A stretch of DNA of 64,000 nt, taken from assembly GCF_009914755.1 (NCBI RefSeq), contig NC_060947.1; one strand, 5' to 3'. This document shows, one piece after another, positions 37,670 to 53,260 of this stretch. Source of the stretch: the human T2T-CHM13v2.0 reference genome, Homo sapiens. The notes under the pieces were generated by a model. It did not search any database. It worked only from the letters and a program-made list of their open reading frames with translations, and had not been told where the DNA came from. Position numbers and translations under genes: made by a program. Position 1 is the stretch's first letter. Every line of letters starts with the position of its first letter.

Positions 37670-37890
37670 TAGATACTTCCTTGAGGCCAACATGTAAGAA
37701 AAGCAATTTAGCCTACTGGAAGATGAGCACCCATGTGGAGGGTGAGAAGCCAGCACCAACCACCAGACATATGACTGAGGCCATCTCAGACCCTACAGCT
37801 AAACGCCATTTCAGGAGTTAGCCCAAGCAAGACCAGCAGGACCACTCAACAGGTTCATGAGAGATAATGGATCAATGTTGTTTTATACTA
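37670..37890 (+). mobile_element. MLT1 LTR fragment
   Basis: gccagcaccaaccaccagacatatgactgaggccatctcagac ... aatgttgtttta. Confidence 0.65.
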
Positions 37891-38297
37891 AAAATTTTAA
37901 AAAATATTTTCATTACTTGCCCTCTTCATTTGCATTTAGGATAAGGTCCATGCTTATTAATCTGGTTTCTAAGATTCATCTCGACATGATTCCTTATAAT
38001 ATGGATCCCAAAATTCTTTACTAGGAGTCTGGATTCTATCTATGATCATTGGAAATGCTTGCTCATTTTCCTTAAGGAAGAACTGGAAAACATGAAAACC
38101 TATTTAGGCTGCTGTTATCACTTGTGTAATTACAAAATTTAACAGCTGCCAGTGTGCAAACCAGCTGCCAATGTGCAGAATCTGAAAAAGGGATCCTATC
38201 ACACACAGAATGTATTTAACTGGAAAATTAGCAAAGAACTGTGGTGGCAGTATTCATAGTTATATCCATAGCCAGAATCCATGCCTGCTATAACAAA

Positions 38298-38398
<101 letters not shown>

Positions 38399-38474
38399 AT
38401 TTTTCCACATAGAGAGTTTTCTTTCCCAGTGAATTGATTTTTGTTTAAAGATTTTCTCAGAAAATATCCCTAAC

Positions 38475-38611
38475 CTAACTTCTTGGAAAACAGATCACAA
38501 CGTAAAAGTTCTGTAACTGCCATTCTCCAGCCCCATAAAACTTTTTAAACATCCTTTTGGACGTTTCCTTGCTGAGCTTTCCTTTTTATATTGTATCAAA
38601 GTATGTCCCAT
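38475..38611 (-). pseudogene. Candidate frameshifted exon (137 nt), RGS-like C-terminus
   Basis: Strong acceptor tctcttctcttccttttcAG, donor tag|GTtagg; reads FDTI*KGKLSKET and NVQKDV*KVLWGWRMAVTELLRCDLFSKKL. Confidence 0.65.
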
Positions 38612-38852
38612 CTGAAAAGGAAGAGAAGAGATGCCCTGAAGAACAGCCAAAGTTCTCATGGGTTGTTGAATAATACTGCCTTCTCCTGTTTCTTCTCACA
38701 CAGTTAAGTTCATATACAGATCAGTTAAGTTCATATCCAGATGTATGATAGCTTTAAACTACTTATTGCTTTGGGGCTATTGGTGGCAATAGTTTATTGA
38801 ATGATGGGGGAATTGGAAATAAATACTGTAACATGGATTCTCTCAAATTTGC

Positions 38853-38930
38853 CTCTCTCTCTCTTCTTAGTAATCAGGACCCATCACAAAATTTGGAGAT
38901 TTTTCAGAAGATGGATTCATATGGAAAAGC
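38853..38930 (-). pseudogene. Possible exon (78 nt, GC donor)
   Basis: Acceptor ctttattcattcctcAG; reads AFPYESIF*KISKF. Confidence 0.35.
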
Positions 38931-39199
38931 CTGAGGAATGAATAAAGTGTTTTATCTTCCCTATGGTGTTTTTGTTTGTTTCCCCAGCTTTATCTCTAGC
39001 CACTCCTTCCTGCAATCCTTGTTTTAGCTTATCTGAATTTATAGTCCACCTACTGCATTTCACTCTGTTGCTTCTTATGTGACCTCAAGAGAAGTGTCCT
39101 GAATTGGACCAAGACAGCTTGTAGCCATAGACAAAACCTCAACCTTGGTTTAAGTTCATCTTGCCACCTATTACATGACTGCGCCTCAGTTTCTGAACA

Positions 39200-40016
39200 T
39201 AATTGGTAATAAGGTATAGTGGGCCCATTTTAAATTTATGACCATGAGCCACATGTGGACCTTCAGTGCTGCTGGACAGACTTACTACCCTTCCCTAAGG
39301 TCAAATAATTCTCCCATTGTCTAAGATTACTATATCATCCAATTGCTTCCTGCCTCAAAATTCCAACACCTTTTCCCTACTCCTCATTTAGCTGATGAGC
39401 TGACTTATTTCACTGAAAAATTGATCAGAAATAGTTCTAACTTCTATATCCTTCACTATCACATCTTCCACCCTCATCGCATTGGCACCCATATACTCTC
39501 CCTTCCCTCCAATTATAAAAGACCAACTGTCTGGTTCCTATGTAGGGCCAACTTCCCACTTTGTGTATTGTTACTCATACATTTCTCACAACCTCAAGAA
39601 CAATGCTCTGTAATTATCCCTCTTTTCTCTGCAGCATCAATTTTACTATCATTCTCATCTGCATACAAACATGCTTTAATATCTCCAATCATGAAAATAC
39701 TCCTTGTTTCAAAATTCCCACAACCAAAGTCTTTGAAAGTGTTGACTATAAAATCTTCACTTCTTTCCTTCCAACTATACCTTAAATCTACTGTAATGTG
39801 GCTTGTGTCATCAGCACTTCACTGAAATCTGCCTCATTAAGTCCCCTTCACATTGCCAAATTCAGTGTCAATCCTCAATTTTCATATTCCTGGAGCTCTC
39901 TGCATCATTCATTAAAGTTGATCATTTTCTTCATGAAATACTTTTTTCACTTGGCTTGTAGGACTGGTTTTTCTTCTTTGCTGGGTTACCCCTTTGGAGT
40001 CTCCTTTACTGTTGTT

Positions 40017-40051
<35 letters not shown>

Positions 40052-41130
40052 CCATATTTCCATAGGTTGTAATGCCCTAGTATTAATCCTCAGACACCTA
40101 AACCTCTCTATCTACACTCTCTCCCTAGATGATTTCATTGCTCTAAATACAATTTATAAACTGATATCTCCCAGATGTCTTCAGTTTCAACCTTCCCCTG
40201 AACTCCAGTCTCATGTCTGCTACCTGATCTCGGATTTCTTATAGAGATCTCAAGTTTAACATTTCCAAAAATGAACCCTAGATTCCCCCCTCTCCCACAA
40301 AACTGCTCCTTCTTCAGTGTTTCCCATCTCAGTAAATGATGTCACTGCTTATACATTTGCTAAAGTCACAAAAGTTAGTCATCTCTTTCCTTCTCTTACA
40401 TGCCACATCTAATCCATTAGCAAATATTATAGGTTCTGCTCTCATCTCACTACTTCCACCAGCACAGTCCAGGTCTCAGCCACCGTGATCTCTCACCTGG
40501 ACTGTAGACATGAGACTGCAATAACCTCTTACTCTGTTTCCTCCCTTTCACTCTTACCCCTCTATAGTTCATTCTTCTAGAGTTTCCAGGATGACCCTTT
40601 TAAAAATATGTCAGTGTATGTCATTTCCATGTTGAATACCTTCCAGTGGTTTCCCATTGCACTTAAAATAGTATCTACACTCTTTATTGTGGCTTATGAA
40701 TCCCTTCACTTTATGGTCTCTGGCTATTTATCCTACCTCATTTCCTGCTACTAGCTCTTTTTTTTTTCGTTAGCTCAAGCCACACACTGGCCTTCTGCTC
40801 TTGCTCTAGCACAAAAAACATGTTCCAACCTCAGATTTTTTGCACTTGGCAATCTGTCCTCTGTCATGGACTGTCTTCCCTAACATCTTGATAGTGCTCA
40901 TTTCATTCAGGTCTCTGCTCAAATGTCACCTCCTAGTTGAGGTCTTTCTTGACCACTCTCACATGTCATCAACCACCATTCTATTCTCATGTGCTGATTA
41001 ATTTCCTTTTCATAACATCACTAACATACTACACATCCATTATCAACTTTATTTTGTTCACTGCTATATCTCCAGCATCTAGAACAGTGATGTAACCTAG
41101 AAGGTACTCAACAAATATTATTGAATTAAT
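39200..41130 (+). mobile_element. Long L2 fragment containing a (TTG)n at ~40010-40051
   Basis: L2 ORF2-derived pyrimidine-rich sequence ending tactcaacaaatattattgaattaat. Confidence 0.88.
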
Positions 41131-41141
41131 AAGTCCATAAC

Positions 41142-41201
41142 TTTCTGAACAATCTTGGGAAAGGTGACTGCCTGTTCTTATCTTAATAGATCCTGAACAG
41201 C
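41142..41201 (-). pseudogene. Candidate exon (60 nt)
   Basis: Acceptor ccaccttttctccacAG, weak donor GTtatg; reads AVQDLLR*EQAVTFPKIVQK. Confidence 0.45.
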
Positions 41202-41245
41202 CTGTGGAGAAAAGGTGGATAGAAACATCTGTTTTCTTTCAATAC

Positions 41246-41261
41246 TATATCTATCAATCTA

Positions 41262-41305
<44 letters not shown>

Positions 41306-41325
41306 ATCTATCTATATCTATATAT
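41246..41325. repeat. Compound (TCTA)/(TCTG) tetranucleotide repeat
   Basis: Direct inspection. Confidence 0.92.
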
Positions 41326-41553
41326 TTACTACATTTATTTCCTTAAGTCATAATGGAAAAAGTCTGGGCACGAGCAAGACTTCATTTACAAGGATCTTTG
41401 ATTAAAATTTATACACAACCACATCTAGAATGCCTGGGCATTCTAAATTCCTACATTAAGGAGCAGTTTCTCTGATTCCCACTTGATACAACTCACTATC
41501 TGAATTAGTTTTGTGGATAGTCCTTTAAAACTTAATCTTAGAAGATGCAAGCA

Positions 41554-41978
41554 CAGTTCATCCTTGACCAGCACAGGGAGGGGTCGGGGCACCAACCCTC
41601 TATATAGTCGAAATCTGCACATAACATTTTACTCTTTGAAAATTTAAGTATTAATAGCCCACCATTGATCAGAAGCCTCACTGAAAACATAAAAGTTGAT
41701 TAACACAAGTTTGCATGTTGTATGTGTTAGATACTGCATTCTTACAATCAAGTAAGCCAAAGAAAAGAAAATGTTATGAAGAAAATAACATTTACAATTC
41801 AATAAGTAGAAGGAGATCATCATAAAAGTCTTTATCGTCATTGCCTTCATGTTGAATAGGCTGAGGAGTAGGAAGAGGAGGGGTTGATCTTGCTGTCTCA
41901 GGAGTGGCAGAGGCAAAAGAAAATCTACATATAAGTAGACACTTGCAGTTCAAGTCTATGTTGATCAAGTGTCAACTG
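41554..41978. mobile_element. Tigger2a/MER28-like non-autonomous DNA transposon
   Basis: TIRs cagttcatccttgaccagcac / atgttgatcaagtgtcaactg, followed by TA. Confidence 0.85.
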
Positions 41979-42089
41979 TATTTCAAACAGTTCCTGATTT
42001 GGATTTTAGAACAGCAGTTTTGTCTTTATATGAAGGAATGTTTGACCTAATACCTGATAGTAAAGAAATTCTCACCAAAAAGCAAGAGA

Positions 42090-45000
42090 TATTTTTAATT
42101 TTTTTTTTTTATTTTACTTTAAGTTCCCAGACACATGCCATGGTGGTTTGCTGCACACATCAAATCGTCATCTAAGTTTTAAGCCCCGCATGCATTAGGT
42201 ATTTGTGCTAATGCACTCTCTCCTTGCACTCCACCCCCTGACAGGCCCCAGTGTGTGTTGTTCCTCTCCTTGTGTACATGTGTTCTATTTGTTCAACTCC
42301 CACTTATGAGTGAGAAGATATGGTGTTTAGTTTTCTGTTCCTGTGTTAGTTTGCTGAGAATCACGGCTTCCAGCTTCATCCATGTCCCTGCAAAGGACAT
42401 GGTCTCATTCTTTTTTATAGCTGTATCGTATTCTATGGTGCATATGTGCCACATTTTCTTTATCCAATCTATCATTGATGGGCATTTTGGTTGATTCTAA
42501 GTCTTTGCTATTGTGAATAGTGCTGCAATAAACATACATGTGCATGTGTCTGCATAGTAGAATGATTTATAATCCTTTGGGTATATACCCAGTAATGGGA
42601 TTGCTGGGTCAAATGGTATTTCTGGTTCTAGATCCTTGAGGAACTGCCACACTGTCTTCCACAATTGTTGAACTAATTTACACTCCCAGCAACAGTGTAA
42701 AAGGATTCCTATTTCTCCACATCCTTGCCAGCATCTATTGTTTCTTGACTTTTTAATAATCACCATTCTGACTGGCATGAGATGCTATCTCATTGTACTT
42801 TTGATTTGCATTTCTCTAATTATCAGTGATGATGAGCTTTTTTTCATATGTTTGTTGGCCACATAAGTGTCTTCTTGCAAGAAGTGTCAGTTCATATCCT
42901 TTGCCCACTTTTCGATGGGGTTGTTTGCTTTTTTCTTGTAAATTTGCTTAAGTTCCTTGTAGATTCTGGATATTAGACCTTTGTCAGATGGGTAGATAGC
43001 AAAAATTTTCTCCCATTCTATAGGTTGCCTGTTCACTCTGGTGCTTGTTTCTTTTGCTGTGCAGAAGCTCTTTAGTTTAATTAGATCCCATTTGTCAATT
43101 TTGGATTTTTTTGAAATTGCTTTTGGTGTTTTAGTCATGAAGTCTTTGCCTATGCCTATGTACTGAATGGTATTGCCTAGGTTTTCTTCTAGAGTTTTTA
43201 TGGTTTTGGGTTTTACGTTTAATCCTTTAATCCATCTTGAGTTAATTTTTGTATAAGGTATAAGGAAGTGGTCCAGTTTCAGTTTTCTGCATATAGTTAT
43301 CCAGTTTACCCTGTACCATTTATTAAAAAGGGAGTCCTTTCCCCACTGCTTGCTTTTGTCAGGTTTGTCAAAGATCAGATGGTTGTAGACATGTGGTGTT
43401 ATTTATGAGGTCTTTGTTCTGTTCCATTGGTCTATATATCTGTTTTGGTACCAGTAGCATGCTGTTTTGGTTACTGTAGCAGCCTTGTAGTATAGTTTGA
43501 AGTCAGGTAGCATGATGCTTCCAGCTTTGTTCTTTTTGCTTTGAATTGCCTTGGCTATATGGGCTCTTTTTTGGTTCCATATGAAATTTAAAGTAATTTT
43601 TTCTAATTCTGTGAAGAAAGTCAATGGTAGCTTGATGGGAATAACATTGAATCTATAAATTACTTTGGGCAGTATGGCCATTTTCACAATATCAATTCTT
43701 CCTATCCATGAGCATGAAATGTTTTTCCATTTGTTTGTGTCCTCTCTTATTTACTTGAGCAGTGGTTTGTAGTTCTCCTTGAAGAGGTCCTTCACTTCCC
43801 TTTTAAGTTGTATTCTTAGGTATTTTATTCTCTTTGTAGCAATTGTGAATGGGAGTTCATTTATAATTTAGCTGTCTACTTGTCTATTGTTGGTATATAG
43901 GAATGCTTGTGATTTTTGCACATTGATTCTGTATCCTGAGACTGCTGAATTTGCTTATCAGCTTAAGGAGATTTTGGGCTGAGATGATGGGGATTTCTAA
44001 ATGCACAATCATGTCATCTGGAAACAGAGACAATTTAACTTCCTCTCTTCCTATTTGAATACCTTTTATTGCTTTCTCTTGCCTGATTGCCCTGGCCAGA
44101 ACTTCCAATACTATATTGAATAGGAGTGGTGAGAGAGGGCATCCTTGTCTTGTGCAGGTTTTCAAAAGGAATGCTTCCAGCTTTTACCCATTCAGTATGA
44201 TATTGGCTACAGGGTTGTCATAAACAGCTCTTATTATTTTGAGATATGTTCCATCAATACCTAGTTTATTGAGAGGTTTTAACATGAAAGGATGTTGAAT
44301 TTTATTGAAGGCCTTTTCTGCATTTATTGAGATAAACATGTGGTTTTTGTCATTGGTTCTGTTTATGTGATGGATTACGTTTATTGATTTGCGTATGTTG
44401 AGCCAGCCTTGCATCCCAGGGATGAAGCAGACTTGAATGTGGTGGATAAGCTTTTTGATTTGCTGCTGCGTTCAGTTTGCCAGTATTTTATTGAGGATTT
44501 TCGCATCAATGTTTATCAGGATTATTGGCCTGAAGTTTTATTTTTTGTTGTGTCTCTGCCAGGTTTTGGTACCAGGATGATGTTGGCATCATAAAATGAG
44601 TTAGGGAGGAGTCCCTCTTTTTCAATTGTTTGGAATAGTTTCAGAAGGAATGGTGCCAGCTCCTCTTTCTGGTAGAATTTGGCTGTGAATCCTTCTGGTC
44701 CTGGGCTTTTTTTTTTGGTTGGTATACTATTAATTATTGCCTCAATTTTAGAACTTGTTCTTGGTCTATTCAGGGATTCAACTTCTTCCTGGTTTAGTCT
44801 TGGGAGGGTGTACATGTCCAGGAATTTATCCATTTCTTCTAGATTTTCTAGTTTATTTGTGTAGAGGTGTTTATAGTATTCTCTGATGGTAGTTTATATT
44901 TCTGTGGGATCAGTGGTGATATCCCCTTTATCATTTTTTATTGTGTGTATTTGATTCTTCTCTCTTTTCTTATTAGTCTAGCTAGTGGTCTATTTTGTTG

Positions 45001-45727
45001 ATTTTTTCAAAAAACCAGCTGCAGGATTTGTTGATTTTTTGAAGGGTTTTTCTTGTCTCTATATCCTTCAGTTCTGCTCTGATCTTCGTTATTTCTTGTC
45101 TTCTGCTAGCTTTTGAATTTGTTTCCTCTTGCTTCTCTAGTTCTTTTAATTGCGATGTTAGATTGTCAATTTGAGATCTTTCCTGTCTTCTGTTGTGGGC
45201 ATTTAGTGCTATAAACTTCCCTTTTAACACTGCTTTAGCTGTGTCCCAGAGATTCTGGTACATTGTCTCTTTGTTCTCACTGGTTTCAAAGAACTTCTTG
45301 ATTTCTGCCTTAATTTCATTATTTTTCCAGTAGTCATTCAGGAGCAGGTTTTTCAATTTCCAGTAGTTGTGTGGTTTTGAGTGAGTTTCTTAATCTTGAG
45401 CTCTAATTTGATTGCACTGTGATCTGCGAGACTGTTTGTTACAATTTCTGTTCTTTTGCATTTACTGAGGAGTGTTTTACTTCCAATTACGTGGTCAATT
45501 TTTGAATAAGTGCCATGTAGCACTGAGAAGAATGTATGTTCTGTTGATTTGGGGTGGAGAGTTCTGTAGATATCTATCAGGTCCACTTGATCCAGAGCTG
45601 AGTTCAAGTCCTGAATATCCTTCTTAATTTTCTGTCTCATTGGTCTGTCTAATATTAACAGTGAGATGTTAAAGTCTCCCACTATTATTGTGTGGGAGTC
45701 TAAGTCTCTTTGTACATCTCCAAGAAT
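42090..45727 (-). mobile_element. 5'-truncated L1PA (L1PA7/8-like) with fragmented ORF2
   Basis: Successive minus-strand ORF2 pieces ([22 protein letters not shown]; LFPDDMIV; [18 protein letters not shown]); poly-T at the left end. Confidence 0.95.
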
Positions 45728-45882
45728 CACACATATGCATAAAAGTTTCTAAATTACTCTACTGGTCTGCATTGCTGCCACTTCAATCATTTTTGTCATC
45801 TGCTAGCACTCTTAGCAACCAGTGTGAAAAAAATTTATACATGCAATTATAAGATTGAAAAATGTCCATGTATTAGCCTAAC

Positions 45883-45980
45883 ATTTCCTCCCTGTGAGTT
45901 GAGAAAAAAAGCACCAGTATTAGAGTTTAGTTGAAAATCCTTCAATTGGTCTTGTTGTGGGGGCGGGGGTGGGATAAGCC
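45883..45980 (-). pseudogene. Candidate exon (98 nt; may extend to 45841)
   Basis: Acceptor ttgtttgctttacattccAG; phase-1 open reading LIPPPPPQQDQLKDFQLNSNTGAFFLNSQGGN; shifted YMDIFQSY downstream. Confidence 0.55.
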
Positions 45981-46106
45981 CTGGAATGTAAAGCAAACAA
46001 GCCATTGAATAGGAAGACATAGGGGCTCTGCCCAGCACAATGAAAACATCTTTAAACATGCCTAATAGTTTAATTAACATATCAAACCTTTCTTTAAAAG
46101 GTTTAT

Positions 46107-46693
46107 TGGGGAGAGCCCAAGATAGCTGAACAGAAACAGCTCCAGTCTGCCGCTCCCAGTGAGACCAATGCAGAAGGCAGGTGATTTCTGCATTTCCAAC
46201 TAAGTTACTCAGTTCATCTCATTGGGACTGGTTAGGCAGTGGGTGCAACCCATGGAGAGTGAGCAGAAGCAGGGTGGGGCATCCTTTCATCCAGGAAATG
46301 CAAAGAGCTGGGGGACTTCCCTCCCCCAGCCAAGGGAAGTAGTGAGAGACTGTGCTATCTGCCCCAGGTACTATGCTTTTCCCATGGATTTTTGCAATCT
46401 GCAGATCAGGAGATTCTCTCATGAGCCTGTACCACCAGGGCCCTGGGTTTCAAGCACAAAACTAGGGTGGCTGTTTGGGCAGGAGAAGAAGAGACATTCT
46501 GTTTTTTTTTTATTTTCAGCATTTTTGCACTGTTTTTCCCTCATCTTCATAGATTTATGTACCTTTTATCTTTGAGGCTGATGACCTTTGGATGGGGTTT
46601 TTGTGTGGGGGTCTTTTTTGTTGTGGTTGTTGTTGTTGCTTTCTGTCTGTTAGTTTTTTTTTTTTTTGACCCTCAGGCCCCCTCTTCTGCAGG
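46107..46693. mobile_element. L1PA 5' UTR start (+, 46107-46482) joined to an inverted 5' UTR/ORF1-start piece (-, 46483-46693)
   Basis: ccaagatagctgaacagaaacagctccagtctgc start, then the reverse complement of the L1 ORF1 start (ttttcagcatttttgcactgtttttccctcat). Confidence 0.85.
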
Positions 46694-46711
46694 TCGTTGT
46701 ATATTGCATAC

Positions 46712-46821
46712 CTATGCCATATTCAGTTTGTATAAAATTGCTCCTACTTTCCAAGATTGAGTTAAATATGTCAGGATTTCATAGTGTTTCTCAAAGGGTA
46801 CTGAATCCCAGATGCTTCTAT
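46712..46821 (-). pseudogene. Candidate frameshifted exon, RGS-like C-terminus (alternative acceptor at 46860)
   Basis: Donor tag|GTATGc; reads RSIWDSVPFEKHYEILTYLTQSWK, then shifted NFIQTEYGI ending phase 1, matching the 45980 exon. Confidence 0.6.
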
Positions 46822-47530
46822 CTGAACAAGATTGACAATCTCCCCTCATAAAGAAACAAACTAAAATTTACTGAGAGCATACTTCGTCCTATTCTTTAAA
46901 AACGTTTTTTTTTTAGAAATTTTGAATTCTGTAGTACATTTTATAAATGTGAAAACTGAGGATTTCGGAGAGTAAGTGACCTGCTTTAATTCACACAGAA
47001 GTAAGAAATAGAGAATCCAGTGTGAAAATGCATATAGATATGAAGCTATATTAAATTAGCAGTTACTCTGTGAGGCTGGCTTGTAGACACCAGTAAAATG
47101 CCATAGTCATACACTCAGTACTCCTCTTTTAAACATAATATTTCAGAAATAAAAAAGGAAAAGAATATAATTAACAGTTGTGTACCAACTACCTAGATTA
47201 AGAAAAAAAAGTACAAAACAATAAAAAGCTTTTATGTCCCTTCTCACATTTCCCCGACTCCAGAATTTGGGTTTATCATTTCTATGAATGTTTTTTAATT
47301 GGAACTATATTAAGTTCTTAGGTTTATTTTGGGACAATTAACATTAATAATCATTGAATCTTCCTCTCCATAAACATTTCTCACAATTTCTTTGGTTTTT
47401 CTTTAAAGTAATGTGATAACAGTTTGTAATTTCCCCCCATAAAAGTTGTATACATCTTTTGTTAGATCCATTACTTTGTATCTTTTAAAATTCTGCTGAA
47501 AATGGCACCTTTTAAAAGTTACATCTTCTA

Positions 47531-50355
47531 GAACTAGAGAAGCAAGAGCAAACAAACCCCAAAGCTAGCAGAAGACAATAAATAATCAAAATCAGAGCTG
47601 AATTGAAGGAGACTGAGACACAACAAAAAACATTCAAAAGATCAACGAGGCCAGGAGATGCTTTCTTTAAAAAAATTAATAAGATAGTTGGTCTATTGGT
47701 TAAACTAATAAAGAAGAAAAGACAGAAGATCCGAATAAACACAATTAGAAACGACAAAGGGGTTATTACCACTGACACCACAGAAATAAAAATAACTATC
47801 AGAAGGTATTATGAACACCTCTATGCACACAAACTAGAAAAATCTAGAAAAAATGGATAAATTCCCAAACAAATACATCCCACCAAGACTGAACCAGGAA
47901 GAAATTGAACTCCTGAACATACCAATAATGAGCTCCAAAATGGAATCAGTAATAGCCTACCAAAAAAAAAAAAAAAAAAAAAAGCCCTAGACCAGAGGGA
48001 TTCACAGCCAAATTCTATCAGATTTACAAAGAAGAGCTGGTACCATTCCTACTGAAACTATTCTAAAAAAATGAGGAGGAGGGACTCCTCTACAGCTCCT
48101 TCTATGAGGCCAGCATCATCCTGATACCAAAACCTGGCAGAGACACAATAAGAAAAGAAAGCTTCAGGCCAACTCCTTGAAGAACATTAATGCAAAAATC
48201 CTCAACAAAACACTAGCAAACCAAATACAGCAGCATATTAGAAAGCTAATCCACCAAGATTAAGTAGGCTTTATCCCCAGCTTGCAAGCTTGGTTCAACA
48301 TATGCGAATCAATAAATGTGATTCATCATATGAACAGAACTAAAGACAAAAGCCACATAATAATATCAATAGATGCAGAAAAGGCTTTTGATAAAATTCA
48401 ACAACCTGTTCATTTGAAAAACTCTCAATAAACTAGGTGTAGAAGAAACATACCTCAAAATAATGAGAATCATCTATGACAAACCCACAACCAAAATTAT
48501 ACCATATGGGCAAAAGCTGGAAGCATTTCCCTTGAAAACTGGCACAAGACAAGAATGCCCTCTCTCACTGCTCCTATTCAACATAGTATTGTAAGTCCTG
48601 GACAGAGAAATCAGGCAAGAGAAAGAAATAAAGGGCATCCAAATGGAAAGAGAGGAGGTCAAACTATCCCTGTTTGCAGATGATAGATTCTGTATCTAGA
48701 AAAACCCATAGTCTCACCCCAAATATCTTTAAGCTGATAAACAACTTCAGCAAAGTTTCAGGATACAAAATCAATATACAAAGATCACTAGCATTTCTAT
48801 CCACCAAAAACAGCTACATTGAAAGCCAAATCAGGAACGCAATACCATTCACAATTGCCACAAAAAGAATAAAATATCAAGGAATACAGCTAACCAAGGA
48901 GCTGAAAGATCTCTACAATGGGAATTACAAAACAATGCTGAAATAAACCAGAGACAACACAAAGAAATGGAAAAATATTCCATACTCATGCATAGGAAGA
49001 ATCAATATTGTTAAAATGGCCATACTGCCCAAAGCAACACAGATTTAGGGCTATTCCTATCAAACTACCAGTGAACTTCTTCATAGAACTATAAAAAACA
49101 CTTTACAATTCATATGGAACCAAAACAGCCTGAATAGCCAAAACAATCCTAAGCAAAAAGAACAAGGCAGGAGGCATCGCCCTACCCAACTTCAAACTAC
49201 ACTACAGGGCTATAATAACCAAAAGAGCATCACACTGGTACAAAAGCAGACACATAGACCAATAGAACAGAATAGAGAGCACAGAAATAAGGTCTCACAC
49301 CTATAACCATCTGATCTGTGACAAAGCTGGCATAAACAAGCAATGGGAAAAGGGCTCCCTATTCAATAAATGGTGCTGGGATAACTGACTAGTCATATGC
49401 AGAAGATGGAACCTGGAGCCCTTCCTTACACCACATGCAAAAATCAACTCAAGATGGACTAAAGCCTTCAATGTAAAACCCAAAACTATAAAAACCCTAG
49501 AAGACGACCTAGGCAATACCATTCTGGACATAGGAACTGTCAAAGATTTCATGACAAAGATGCCAAAAGCAATTGCAACAAAAGCAAAAAGTGACAAATG
49601 GGATCTAATTAAACTAAAGAGCTTCTGCACAGCAACAGATAATATCAACTGAGTAAAAAGATATCATACAGAATGGGAGAAAATGTTTTAATATTTCAAA
49701 AAGTGGTACATGTACACCATGGAGTGTAAATTAGTTCAACTATTGTGGAAAGCACTGTGGCGATTCCTGAAAGAGCTAAAAACAGAACTAACTGGGATTG
49801 CTGGGTATATATCCAATGAAATATAAAACATTCTACTGTAAAGACACATGCACATATATGTTAATTGCAGCACTATTCACAATAGCAAAGATATGAAATC
49901 AACCTAAGTGCTCAACAATGGTAGACTAAATTTTAAAAAGTGGTACGTATACTCCATGGAATACTATGCAGACATAAAAAAGAACAATATCATGTCCTTC
50001 GCTGGAACATAGATGAAGCTAGAGGCCATTATCCTTAGCAAACAAACACAGGAACAGAAAACCAAAGACCACATGTTCTCACTTATAAGTGGGAGCTAAA
50101 TGATGAGAACACATGGACACAAAGAGGGAAACAGCAGACATTGGGGCCTACCAGAGAGTGGAGTGTGGGAGGAGGGAGAGTGTCAGAAAAAATAACTATT
50201 GAGTACTAGACTTAGTACTTGGGTGACGAAATAATCTGTACATCAAACCCTAGTGACAGGAGGTTACTTATATAACAAACCTGCACATGTACCCCTGAAT
50301 CTAAAATAGAAGCTTTAAAATAAATAAATAATAAACACATAAATAAAATAAAAAA
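47531..50355 (+). mobile_element. 5'-truncated L1PA (L1PA15/16-like) inserted in an old minus-strand L1M
   Basis: ORF2 remnants and 3' UTR; TSD taaaagttacatcttcta / taaaatttacattttcta. Confidence 0.92.
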
Positions 50356-51139
50356 TAAAATTTACATTTTCTAAATATAATAGATTTTAATGTATATATC
50401 TTATTTTTAGTGAATTTGCTGAAACTTCTTACCAATCCTAGTAATATTTCTATAAGCATTTTCAGGTCTTCTGTGTAGGCAATTGTGTATTCTGTAAATG
50501 GTGGTAGTTTTATTTCTTACTTTTCCAATCTAATAAATTCTATTTTTTTTTTTTTAGTTCTTATCTTACCATGCTGGATAGAATCACCACAACAATGTTG
50601 AAATGAAGTAAAAATAGCAGTACATTTGTCTTAATCCTTATTTAAAAAATAAGGCTGCTAGATAATTGAATATGAATTTTAAGGTAAGATATGGCTCCTG
50701 GATTTATTTATAACTCAAAGTAGATACATAAATAGTAAAATGATTATATTTATTGGTTCAGATAAGCACCAGGAATTGCAGGACTATTTCATGTTAAAAT
50801 TTGGGGGAAATTTTTAACAATAAGAGATTATAATCGGTTTTATATTTTACATGCAGCTATCATTTATAGGAAAACTAAAATGACTAAATAATACTTGGAA
50901 ATAAACTAATATTCTAAAGGGAATGAGTAAATGTTTTCTGAAATCACAAAGGGCAGGCTAAAATTTGCCCTTTCAGTTTGAATTAGTGGAAAAGATTTGC
51001 ATCACAAAAAACACAATTATTCTGAAATGATAGAGTACCACAAGTATAAACTTAGAGAAATAAATTAATGCATGTCATTATTAAAGTTTTTATGGACACA
51101 ACTACAATTTCTCTAGTGTGAAAAAAACAAGGCTTCTAA

Positions 51140-53260
<2,121 letters not shown>

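Noticed and set aside
41426-41445. 9-bp hairpin tagaatgcc-tg-ggcattcta
   Set aside because: Short and isolated, with no supporting context.
42090-45727. Potentially active reverse transcriptase system
   Set aside because: L1 ORF2 is 5'-truncated and fragmented by frameshifts, with YADD/FADD altered to FPDD.
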